Below are positions 10,166 through 18,329 of a DNA stretch of 64,000 nt, piece after piece. This stretch comes from a bacterium (GTDB lineage Bacteria > Bacillota > Clostridia > Lachnospirales > Lachnospiraceae). The notes under the pieces were generated by a model. That model was given only the letters and a program-made list of their open reading frames with translations, was not told the DNA's origin and did no database searches. The first letter of the stretch is position 1. Each line of letters starts with the position of its first letter. The translations under genes were made by a program, and so were the position numbers. The stretch lies in contig CAVBPN010000129.1 of NCBI GenBank assembly GCA_963597235.1, forward strand, positions 21,534 to 85,533. The letters are read 5' to 3'.

Positions 10166-11008
10166 TCATCTTTTCACGCCACATTGTATTGCCTGTGTTG
10201 GACAGGCCTTCTTACATCTGCCACATCGTATGCACTCTGCACTGTTCAGGTTTTCCACCGGGTTGACTTCCATCTGACATTCTTTTACACATTTTCCACA
10301 GTGAATGCATTTTTCCTGATCTATACGATAGCGGAAAACAGACACTTTATTGAATACTGAATAAAAAGCTCCCAGCGGACAGATATACCTGCAGAACGGA
10401 CGATATATCATGATGGCAAGAATGACAGTGATTACCAGAATCACATTCTTCCATATGTAAAGCCATCCCACCGCACTTCGCATGGACTTGTTCAGCAGTA
10501 CCAGCGGAAGTCCGCCCTCCAGTGTTCCTGCCGGGCAGATCAGTTTACAGAAATACGGTGCACCCTGTCCCATGATATCTACCACAAACATCGGAAGAAG
10601 AATCACAAACACAAGAAAGATCACGTATTTCAGTCTGCGGAGCAGTTTATCCCCGCGAAATGTCCGAATCTTCTTTGGAAACGGAATCTTATTGAGCAGA
10701 TCCTGAATCAGTCCAAATGGACAGAGAAATCCACAGACCAGTCTGCCAGGCAGTGCTCCGACAAAGATCAGAAAGCCCACCACATAATATGCCATTTTGA
10801 AGTTCCAGCTTCCGATCACAGCCTGAAGAGCTCCTATCGGACAGGCCCCTGTCGCACCAGGGCAGGAATAACAGTTCAGGCCCGGAACACAGACATTTTT
10901 CAGTTTTCCGGTATAAATCTTGCCGGTCATAAATCCAGACAGATGACTATTTGTCAGCAAGGCCCATAATGCCTGGATTCCATGACGCGGCCACTCATTT
11001 ATTTTCAT
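10166..11008 (-). CDS. 4Fe-4S binding membrane protein (NapH/MauN-like)
   Basis: Has transmembrane segments with CPxG motifs (CYSCPGATGACPIGA, LCPFG, CPAG, ICPLG) and a C-terminal 2x[4Fe-4S] region (CIHCGKCVKEC...CIRCGRCKKACP). The start is set at the ATG at 11008 (MKINEW), just after the upstream mini-ORF. Confidence 0.8.
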   Translation of the reverse strand: MKINEWPRHGIQALWALLTNSHLSGFMTGKIYTGKLKNVCVPGLNCYSCPGATGACPIGALQAVIGSWNFKMAYYVVGFLIFVGALPGRLVCGFLCPFGLIQDLLNKIPFPKKIRTFRGDKLLRRLKYVIFLVFVILLPMFVVDIMGQGAPYFCKLICPAGTLEGGLPLVLLNKSMRSAVGWLYIWKNVILVITVILAIMIYRPFCRYICPLGAFYSVFNKVSVFRYRIDQEKCIHCGKCVKECQMEVNPVENLNSAECIRCGRCKKACPTQAIQCGVKR

Positions 11009-11015
11009 TTTCTTA

Positions 11016-11168
11016 TTATCCAATTCCGATACACTCCATGCAGATATTAATTGCTTTTGTAAAAACAACAGACATCTCGCCTCTGTAGATTCCAAAAATC
11101 ATCAGAAGAATCCCAACTACTGCCAAAACAACTCCTGTCCATTTTGTTTCTGTTAATTTTTTTATCAT
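11016..11168 (-). CDS. 50-aa CXXC-motif membrane mini-protein (CD1871A-like)
   Basis: Not in the ORF track because it is under 60 aa. MIKKLTETKWTGVVLAVVGILLMIFGIYRGEMSVVFTKAINICMECIGIG has one transmembrane helix and a C-terminal CMEC. It sits between the TlpA-like and 4Fe-4S genes. Confidence 0.65.
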   Translation of the reverse strand: MIKKLTETKWTGVVLAVVGILLMIFGIYRGEMSVVFTKAINICMECIGIG

Positions 11169-11198
11169 AACTTTCCTTTATCTTTCTGCCCAGATCTA

Positions 11199-12356
11199 CT
11201 ATTTAGAAATATTATCAAATTCTTCTTTTACAATATCTTCCCATTCACTCAGACTGTGACTTCCTGTATAAGTCTCACCCACAATATTTCCATTCTTATC
11301 TACAAAGAAAGTCTCCGGGAATGCAGAAATTCCATTTAAGCGTCCATTCATCATCGTAGAATCCGGAATCAGGAACGGATAGGAAGCTTTTGTTTTTTCT
11401 CTGAGGATTTCTGCTTTTTCTACTGTATCTTCATCCTGATTGCCATCTGCATCTACTGTATCAAGAACTACTCCGACAACTCCAATTCCACTGTCCTTTA
11501 TTTCCTGATAAAGTTTTTCCAGTTCCGGGATTTCATTGACGCACGGAGAACACCAGGTGGTAAAGATATTCACCAGTGTCAGGTCATAGTCGCTGAACAC
11601 TTTTTCTGTATAGGTTTCTCCGCCGATTCCGGTTGTTTCAAAACTTCCTACTGAAGTGGCATCTGCCGAATTGCCGTTTGTGTCCTGTGGTGTTTCAAAT
11701 ACAGAAATCTGCTGGAATGGTGTCATATCTGTGAGCGTTGCATCAATCTCTTCGATTTCATTTCTCAACGCTCCTTCCGCATCTTTGTTGATGCTCAGAT
11801 AATATTTGTATGTTCCGTCACTGCTGTTTCCCAGTTCTTTGTGATCTGTACAGCCTGTGATCTCGTCCAGTTTTTCCTGGGATTCTTCATCATACATACC
11901 GAGCACGCCGACTTTTGCAAGACTGTCTCTCCATTCATCATATCCGGTTCCGATCTTGTCAACTTCTGCTTCTTTCTGTTCCTCTGTCATCTCACACCAG
12001 CTGAAATATGCATATTTTACTGCATCTGCATTGGCTGTCCAGTCTTCATTCGTAATCATCGCAATACTCTGCTCTTCCATCTGTTTCAGCAGATCTTTTG
12101 GAAGTGAAAATTTCAGTCCCATAAAGCCATATTCATAAGAATCCTGCACCGGTACGGTTGTCTCTGATGGTTTAAATGTTCCTGCGATCAGATCTGATGA
12201 GATCGCATCTCCGTCCATTGTAATCACTTCTCCCTCTGTATCTGCGATTTCTGTCTCTGTGCTTTCTGCTGCCATTACCGATACACTGCCAAATGAGGAG
12301 ATACCCAATACTGCTGCCGCCATAAGTGCTGTAATTTTCTGCATTCTGAATTTCAT
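11199..12356 (-). CDS. TlpA/redoxin family thiol-disulfide oxidoreductase, secreted, with a long N-terminal extension
   Basis: Has a signal peptide (MKFRMQKITALMAAAVLGISSFGSVSVMAAE) and a C-terminal thioredoxin fold with WCSPC (LVNIFTTWCSPCVNEIPELEKLY). Confidence 0.8.
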   Translation of the reverse strand: MKFRMQKITALMAAAVLGISSFGSVSVMAAESTETEIADTEGEVITMDGDAISSDLIAGTFKPSETTVPVQDSYEYGFMGLKFSLPKDLLKQMEEQSIAMITNEDWTANADAVKYAYFSWCEMTEEQKEAEVDKIGTGYDEWRDSLAKVGVLGMYDEESQEKLDEITGCTDHKELGNSSDGTYKYYLSINKDAEGALRNEIEEIDATLTDMTPFQQISVFETPQDTNGNSADATSVGSFETTGIGGETYTEKVFSDYDLTLVNIFTTWCSPCVNEIPELEKLYQEIKDSGIGVVGVVLDTVDADGNQDEDTVEKAEILREKTKASYPFLIPDSTMMNGRLNGISAFPETFFVDKNGNIVGETYTGSHSLSEWEDIVKEEFDNISK

Positions 12357-12649
12357 GATTTATATTCTCCCTTCAGTTGATTCCATTCTCTTTTTTTACT
12401 GTATGAGCTGTGCTCACTGCGATTACTACAGACAGAACTATACCATACTGTCTATAAAATTGGTGTTAAGAAAATACGAAAATAAAATTTTTTTAATCCA
12501 AATAATGATTTATCAATTAAATAAGTGATTTTTTTTACAGGAATTTTATATGTGACATGATATGATAATATCAGATAAAATTATAAAAGCATCTGATACA
12601 AAGCAAACAATTCTCAAGTATCACCACACGAAAAGGAGATCGATCTTAC

Positions 12650-13327
12650 ATGCACATATTAATAATAGAAGATGAACAGCAGCTCTGCCTCTCTGTCGCA
12701 GAGGGACTTCGTATGAATGGATATGAAACAGACACCTGTTTTGACGGAAACGAAGGTCTGGAATTATGTATGACAGAAAGCTATGACCTGATCCTTCTGG
12801 ATCTGAATCTTCCGGGAATTGACGGACTGGAAATCCTGCGGCAGTTTCGAATGTCAGACAGTACAACTCCTGTTCTGATTCTTTCTGCCCGCGGACAGAT
12901 TCAGGACAAAGTAGAAGGACTGGATCTCGGTGCCAACGACTACCTCACCAAGCCATTCCACTTCGAAGAACTGGAAGCCAGAATCCGAAGCCTCACCCGG
13001 AGAAAATTTATCCAGGAAGATGTCTGCCTGAAATGCGGACGAATCACCTTCGACACCCGTACCCGAAAAGCCAGTGCAGACGACACCCCACTTTCCCTGA
13101 CACGAAAAGAAAGTGCTCTTCTGGAATACTTTCTGATCCACCAGGGTCGGATCATCAGCCCGGAAGAAATGATCGAACATCTCTGGGACGGAAGTGTCAA
13201 CAGCTTCAGCAATTCCATACGTGTCCATATTTCTTCTCTTCGCAAAAAACTTCGTACTGCCCTTGGCTTCGACCCTATCCAGAACAAAATTGGTCAGGGC
13301 TATATTCTGATGGAGGAGATGCAATGA
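12650..13327 (+). CDS. OmpR family response regulator
   Basis: Receiver domain (ILIIEDE..., LILLDLNLPGIDG) plus a winged-helix C-terminus (LTRKESALLEYF...). RBS AAAGGAG. Confidence 0.9.
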   Translation: MHILIIEDEQQLCLSVAEGLRMNGYETDTCFDGNEGLELCMTESYDLILLDLNLPGIDGLEILRQFRMSDSTTPVLILSARGQIQDKVEGLDLGANDYLTKPFHFEELEARIRSLTRRKFIQEDVCLKCGRITFDTRTRKASADDTPLSLTRKESALLEYFLIHQGRIISPEEMIEHLWDGSVNSFSNSIRVHISSLRKKLRTALGFDPIQNKIGQGYILMEEMQ

Positions 13328-14502
13328 AAAATTTTTCAAAAAAACTTTCCCTACAGTGGCGGCTGACACTGATCATCACCCTGCTTGTGAGCGTCACCTG
13401 CATATTGATGTACTTTTTTATCAGTCGTTCGGCGGTCACTGGAATGGAAAATCTGGAAAATTATATCGTACAGGTCGATGAAACCGGCTCCGAGCCGATT
13501 ACTTTTCATGTAGACCCGACCGTATTATTCCCGGATCTTTCTGAACAGATGCAGTCATCCAAAAACCTGTTCCGCATCAGAAGCATAATTGCTACCGGGA
13601 TCATCATTCTCCTGAGCAGTATCGGAACTTATTTTATCAGCCGCCATGCGCTGTCTCCTTTACATAAGCTCAGTGCGAAAATTGAGAAAATACAGGCACA
13701 GAATCTTTCAGAATCTCTGGAAATCCCTGAGAGCAACGATGAGATTTCTCATCTGACTGTTTCTTTTAATGAAATGCTCTCCCGTCTGGATGATACATTC
13801 ACCGCACAGAAGCAGTTTTCTGCCAGTGCCGCACATGAGCTTCGGACACCTCTTGCTGTCATGCAGACAAATCTGGAGGTTTTTGCCAGAAAAAAAGAAC
13901 CTTCCACAGAAGAATACCGGGAAATTTTTTCCATGATCCAGGAACAGACCGGACGGCTTTCTCATCTGACAGAAGTCCTTCTCGATATGACCGGTATTCA
14001 GACAATTGAACGCTCTGAGACAATTTCTCTGGCAGAACTTACAGAAGAGGTTTTCTGTGATCTGGCTTCAGTGGCTGAGCAGAAACAGATTGAACTGACT
14101 CAGAGAAATGGCGACTGTACTGTTACCGGAAGTTATCTTCTGCTCTACCGTGCTGTGTATAATCTTGTGGAAAATGCGATCAAATATAACCATCCTTCAG
14201 GAAAAGTAACGGTAAATATCCATCCGGGAAAAGCCATTCTGGATACCTCTTCACGGCCTCAGCCGGCAGACTATGCCTTCGTTGAAATCTCTGACACCGG
14301 CATTGGAATTTCTCCTGAATATCAGAAAAAAATCTTCGCCCCGTTTTTCCGCGTAGACAAATCCCGAAGCCGTGCCATGGGCGGTGCCGGCCTTGGACTC
14401 GCCCTCGTAACAGAAATTGCCAGACAGCATGACGGACAGGTAAAAGTGCTCGAAAGCAATGAAAAAGGCAGCACGATCGCACTCATGCTGCCCATAAAAT
14501 AG
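13324..14502 (+). CDS. Sensor histidine kinase (HAMP-HisKA-HATPase)
   Basis: The ATG at 13324 overlaps the response-regulator stop (ATGA). Two transmembrane helices, H-box SAAHELRTPL, N-box NLVENAIKYN, and G-boxes DTGIGI and GGAGLGLAL. Confidence 0.9.
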   Translation: MKNFSKKLSLQWRLTLIITLLVSVTCILMYFFISRSAVTGMENLENYIVQVDETGSEPITFHVDPTVLFPDLSEQMQSSKNLFRIRSIIATGIIILLSSIGTYFISRHALSPLHKLSAKIEKIQAQNLSESLEIPESNDEISHLTVSFNEMLSRLDDTFTAQKQFSASAAHELRTPLAVMQTNLEVFARKKEPSTEEYREIFSMIQEQTGRLSHLTEVLLDMTGIQTIERSETISLAELTEEVFCDLASVAEQKQIELTQRNGDCTVTGSYLLLYRAVYNLVENAIKYNHPSGKVTVNIHPGKAILDTSSRPQPADYAFVEISDTGIGISPEYQKKIFAPFFRVDKSRSRAMGGAGLGLALVTEIARQHDGQVKVLESNEKGSTIALMLPIK

Positions 14503-14505
14503 TCC

Positions 14506-14561
14506 AAAAAGCCACCGGGAGCGGAGTTGAATACCATCAAACTCCGTCCCCGGTGGCTTTT
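14506..14561. terminator. Bidirectional intrinsic terminator (about 20-bp stem)
   Basis: AAAAGCCACCGGGAGCGGAGTT / AACTCCGTCCCCGGTGGCTTTT with two central mismatches, flanked by A and T runs. The right arm lies in the last codons of the DMT gene. Confidence 0.7.
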
Positions 14562-15439
14562 CTTTTCTGCGAGATCACCAGTCCCACAAAGATCAGCGCA
14601 GATCCAATCACAGATACTACGGTCATTTTTTCATGAAGCACCAGCATGGACAGTACTACCGTCACTACCGGTGAAACATAAATATACACGCTTGTCTTCA
14701 CCGCACCGATCCATTTCGTAGAAAGGTTCCAGAGCAGGAACCCTACCGCACTTGCAAAAAGTCCCAGAAACAGGAAATTAGAAAGCACTTCCGGTTTCAT
14801 CATAAGTTCCGGTTTCCAGGAAGCTTTCTGCTGGATCAGCACCGGGATTAAGAAAAGAATCCCATAGAAATAAATTCTCCTGGTAACCGCAACTGTCGGA
14901 TAATCCCATTCTCCAATCTTTTTGATCAACGTAGAATAGCATCCCCATGAGATCATTGCAATAAATGCCAGTCCATCTCCCATTGGATTCAGCTGAAAGT
15001 TTTTCTGTCCATTCAGACTGATCAGAATGACTCCTGCGATTGCAACTACAAATCCTATGTAGAAATAGATTCCTGACTTTTCATTCTTAAAAAAGATTCC
15101 TGCTATTACCGCCACAAAAAACGGTGCACACGCAACAATGATTCCGACATTGGATGCATACGTCATTGTCAGAGCAGTATTCTCCAGCATAAAATACATT
15201 ACAATGCCAAACAGTCCTGCTCCGGCAAAAGCCAGTTCCTGTCTGGAATTTTTCAGTTTCAGATGATGTGGATAAAATATAAGCAATGCCAGAAAGGCCA
15301 GCACTGCACGTGTAAACAATACTTCTACAGGTAAGAAATATTTTAAAAGTACTTTCGTAGATACAAAGGTTGCTCCCCACATGATCTGCGTTCCACATGC
15401 AAGGACATGCCCTAATATCTGTTTTTTGTCGTTTGCCAT
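14537..15439 (-). CDS. DMT (EamA) family transporter
   Basis: 300 aa with a 10-TM-like profile and duplicated EamA-type halves. Confidence 0.8.
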   Translation of the reverse strand: MANDKKQILGHVLACGTQIMWGATFVSTKVLLKYFLPVEVLFTRAVLAFLALLIFYPHHLKLKNSRQELAFAGAGLFGIVMYFMLENTALTMTYASNVGIIVACAPFFVAVIAGIFFKNEKSGIYFYIGFVVAIAGVILISLNGQKNFQLNPMGDGLAFIAMISWGCYSTLIKKIGEWDYPTVAVTRRIYFYGILFLIPVLIQQKASWKPELMMKPEVLSNFLFLGLFASAVGFLLWNLSTKWIGAVKTSVYIYVSPVVTVVLSMLVLHEKMTVVSVIGSALIFVGLVISQKRKATGDGV

Positions 15440-15556
15440 TACAAAACCTCTTCTATTATCATTTGGAGAAATCTGGTAAAACTACCTTTCCCCTCTAACT
15501 TAACTATGTTAGATGATAACAGAAGTTTTTTCAATAGTTTCGATACAGAAATTATG

Positions 15557-15593
15557 TCGAAAAAAGCTCTGCCTTTTTCGACAGAGCTTTTTG
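15557..15593. terminator. Hairpin/terminator with two overlapping alternative stems
   Basis: One stem is AAAAAGCTCTG...CAGAGCTTTTT (11 bp). It overlaps a second stem, GTCGAAAAA...TTTTTCGAC (9 bp). Confidence 0.5.
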
Positions 15594-15692
15594 AAATTGC
15601 TTAGCTGCATTTTCTATGATCGATAATTTTGTCAAAACCATATATTTCAAGTGTTGTTTTTCCAGCTTCGAGTTCTTTGATGATCTCCTTTC

Positions 15693-15863
15693 TCAATCTT
15701 TTGAAACTAAATTATAATCTTTGTCCAGAACGCCATCTTTTTTATCTCTCCATAATCTGTAAGGTACACTTACAATCAGTGGAATAAGCATAACAGGCCC
15801 AACAATCGTTGTGAAAGTTCCGTAACCATATTTGATAATATTGAGGAGTCCGAAACTGGAACC
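15693..15863 (-). pseudogene. C-terminal remnant of a membrane protein gene (no start codon)
   Basis: The frame reads GSSFGLLNIIKYGYGTFTTIVGPVMLIPLIVSVPYRLWRDKKDGVLDKDYNLVSKD-stop. It opens only after an in-frame stop at 15884-15882 and has no ATG or RBS. Confidence 0.35.
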
Positions 15864-15865
15864 AA

Positions 15866-16187
15866 ATGTACAGATCCGGACTCAGACAGGGCCTGACCGT
15901 TATGCTTACTCTGGCAGTAACTTTATCCATTCTGATGATCCTGGTTACCAAACTTCCTTTGCTTCACCGGAAGCTCTTTTGTGGGCTTTTTCCGAGGAAT
16001 CGGAAGAGTAGAAGTTCCAGTGATTGGAACAATCATCCAGATTTCTATTCGTGTTGTGATTTCTTACCTGTTGATTGACAGGCTGGGCCTTAAAGCACAA
16101 TCACTGGCAACCGGAATTGACTGGGCAGTGATTGTGCTTTATCAGATACTCACTTATCAAAAGACCAGGCGTAAAGAGCTTCCTTGA
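15866..16187 (+). pseudogene. Decayed C-terminal fragment of a MATE efflux gene
   Basis: Two frames carry MATE-like C-terminal segments: RSGLRQGLTVMLTLAVTLSILMILV... and GFFRGIGRVEVPVIGTIIQISIRVVISYLLIDRLGLKAQSLATGIDWAVIVLYQILTYQK. Joining them requires a frameshift/deletion. The N-terminal roughly two thirds are missing. Confidence 0.6.
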
Positions 16188-16334
16188 CAATTCTTCTATA
16201 AGAAGTATAATGAATTCACTGTTTACTTCAAATATGAACTATTAAAATCTCTGTTTTTAATAATCGAGGAATTTTTATGGATATAAACATCGAATTCGCG
16301 AGAAAAACTTCTCCTTCGTTATTTATTCATTATT

Positions 16335-17165
16335 TTATTCTTTCTCATAAAGGAATTCTTCCGGCAGTGTTACCTTGAAATCCTTTGCAAGTGCACGGAA
16401 GTTATCCGGCTGGATTGTCTGCAGTTTATGTGGCGTCATGGAAAGGATCTTAACCAGGATCTCTGCGGATTTTTCTACTGTATGGAGCAGACCGAAGGTC
16501 AGGTCAAAGTCTTCTCCGGAGCAGAACATTCCATGATGTGCCCAGATGACTACATCATATTTTTTCATCAGTTCTGCAGTCTTTACTGCGATCTCTCTTC
16601 CACCAGGAACCATCCACGAAACAACTCCTACTCCATCCGGGAATACGACCGGGCACTCTGTTGCGGATTCCCAGAGCTCTCTGGTGAATATCTTATCATC
16701 CAGTGGGAGGACAAAGGTCAGTGCAATCGTATTTGTTGTATGTGCATGATAGATGACACGATGTTTTCCGTTTGTCAGTTTCTTCTTTACTTCATGGTTC
16801 ATCAGATGTGTCGGCAACTCACTGGTCGGTCTTCCACCTTCTACCAGTCCCCAGCGGATACGATAGTTAACGCCTTTATCATCCAGTTCAATGATCGCAA
16901 GACATACTTCCGGGTCTACGATGATGTTACGGAAATATTTGCCGCTTCCTGTTACAAGGAAGAATTCTCCGGCAAGCCCCGGTACCTCTGTTCCGATCGG
17001 TGTCCATTCTCCCAGTGCATTCAGACGTGGACGGATCATCTCAACTTCTTCTGTTTTCAGACGATAGCTTAAGTTTCCACCATTTCTTTCATGCCATCCC
17101 TGCAGGTAACCATCATTTGCCATCTTAATAAATCCCTGTACGAATTTTGTCTCTAAAATTTTCAT
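16335..17165 (-). CDS. rhaD: Rhamnulose-1-phosphate aldolase (class II aldolase)
   Basis: Matches E. coli RhaD along its full length as I recall it: FVQGFIKMANDGYLQGWHERNGGNLSYRL, VTGSGKYFRN, RPTSELPTHL, ECPVVFPDGVGVVSWMVPG, EKSAEILVK. Confidence 0.9.
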   Translation of the reverse strand: MKILETKFVQGFIKMANDGYLQGWHERNGGNLSYRLKTEEVEMIRPRLNALGEWTPIGTEVPGLAGEFFLVTGSGKYFRNIIVDPEVCLAIIELDDKGVNYRIRWGLVEGGRPTSELPTHLMNHEVKKKLTNGKHRVIYHAHTTNTIALTFVLPLDDKIFTRELWESATECPVVFPDGVGVVSWMVPGGREIAVKTAELMKKYDVVIWAHHGMFCSGEDFDLTFGLLHTVEKSAEILVKILSMTPHKLQTIQPDNFRALAKDFKVTLPEEFLYEKE

Positions 17166-17475
17166 GATATTTATTCCTCCTATTTCAATCTGTAAATGTT
17201 GTCCGCAAAATGAGCAGACTTATTGTATTTGTGGTTTTATGTTGTTTGTTTTTATGTTTTCTGTTGTTTTTCTTTGTTTCTATCTGCATTATATATGGTT
17301 TCTTGTCGTTTGTAAAGACCTTTTTTCAAAAAATTTATCACAAAACCACATTTTATTTTTGTCCATATCTGTATTAACTTGCACATTGACAATCAAATAA
17401 AGGGTTTACACTTTCTAAAAATACCGTTACAATGATTACATAAAAAATTCAGTAATCAAAAGGACGGTGAACGAT

Positions 17476-17643
17476 ATGGAGGATATTTATATGCCAACAG
17501 ATATTCAGTTTAAATATGAATTGCGTAAACGTTTAACTGAACTGAACCAAAAACTTGAATTACTCGAAAAGGAAGACTACGATAAATTAAAAGAAATACT
17601 AAAGCAGGAAATTTCCGATATTGAAGCTAGCTTACAAGATTAG
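17476..17643 (+). CDS. 55-aa coiled-coil hypothetical protein (possible leader ORF)
   Basis: Not in the track. AAAAGGACGG lies 8-9 nt before the ATG. Sequence: MEDIYMPTDIQFKYELRKRLTELNQKLELLEKEDYDKLKEILKQEISDIEASLQD. The stop is 15 nt before a strong hairpin. Confidence 0.45.
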   Translation: MEDIYMPTDIQFKYELRKRLTELNQKLELLEKEDYDKLKEILKQEISDIEASLQD

Positions 17644-17657
17644 TCAATAACCAGACC

Positions 17658-17701
17658 AAAAGTGTAAATCCTTTATCTGATTGTTAAAGATTTACACTTT
17701 T
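17658..17701 (+). terminator. Intrinsic terminator between the small ORF and the ProX-like gene
   Basis: AAAAGTGTAAATCCTTT / AAAGATTTACACTTTT forms a stem of about 16 bp with one bulge, followed by TTTTATTATG. Confidence 0.65.
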
Positions 17702-17726
17702 ATTATGAAAAAAAGGAGCCGCAACA

Positions 17727-18329
17727 ATGGAATTACAGAATGGAAGACCTGAAAATACAGAAAACAGACTGGATAAAGAAATTCGCGTCTATGATTTTTT
17801 AGATAAACTTAATGTAGAGTATCAACGAGTAGACCATGAAGCAGCCATGACGATGGAAGCCTGCGAGGAGATTGACCGGACGCTCGGCGATGACACTACG
17901 ATATGCAAGAACCTGTTCCTGTGTAACCGCCAGGAAACAAATTTTTATCTGCTTTTAATGCCGGGAAATAAACCTTTTAAGACAAAAGATCTTTCCGCAC
18001 AGATCAACTCCTCCCGATTATCTTTTGCGAAACCGGAATACATGAAAAAATATCTGGATATCACCCCGGGATCTGTCAGCATCATGGGATTGATGAATGA
18101 CCATGAAAAGAACGTACAGCTTCTGATCGATGAGGATGTCATGAAGGATCCTTATTTTGGCTGCCATCCATGCATCAATACTTCAAGTCTCAAATTTACA
18201 ACAGAAGATCTTAAGAACAAGATCATTCCGGCACTTGGACATGAACCTGTCATAGTAACTCTCCCGGATTATGAAACCAAAAATTCTTATACACATTCTT
18301 TTTTTGTAAGCTTATGTATCCATTTATAG
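17727..18329 (+). CDS. Prolyl-tRNA synthetase-associated (YbaK/ProX-type aminoacyl-tRNA deacylase) domain protein
   Basis: RVDHEAAMTMEACEEI...CKNLFLCNRQETNFYLLLMPGNKPFKTKDL...ITPGSVSIMGL...HPCINTSSL is typical of this family. RBS AAAGGAG. Confidence 0.75.
   Translation: MELQNGRPENTENRLDKEIRVYDFLDKLNVEYQRVDHEAAMTMEACEEIDRTLGDDTTICKNLFLCNRQETNFYLLLMPGNKPFKTKDLSAQINSSRLSFAKPEYMKKYLDITPGSVSIMGLMNDHEKNVQLLIDEDVMKDPYFGCHPCINTSSLKFTTEDLKNKIIPALGHEPVIVTLPDYETKNSYTHSFFVSLCIHL

Noticed and set aside
13033-13323. N-terminal extension of the histidine-kinase ORF (489-aa version)
   Set aside because: The extension overlaps the response-regulator gene in another frame. The ATG at 13324 overlaps the regulator stop (ATGA) and is followed at once by the first transmembrane helix.
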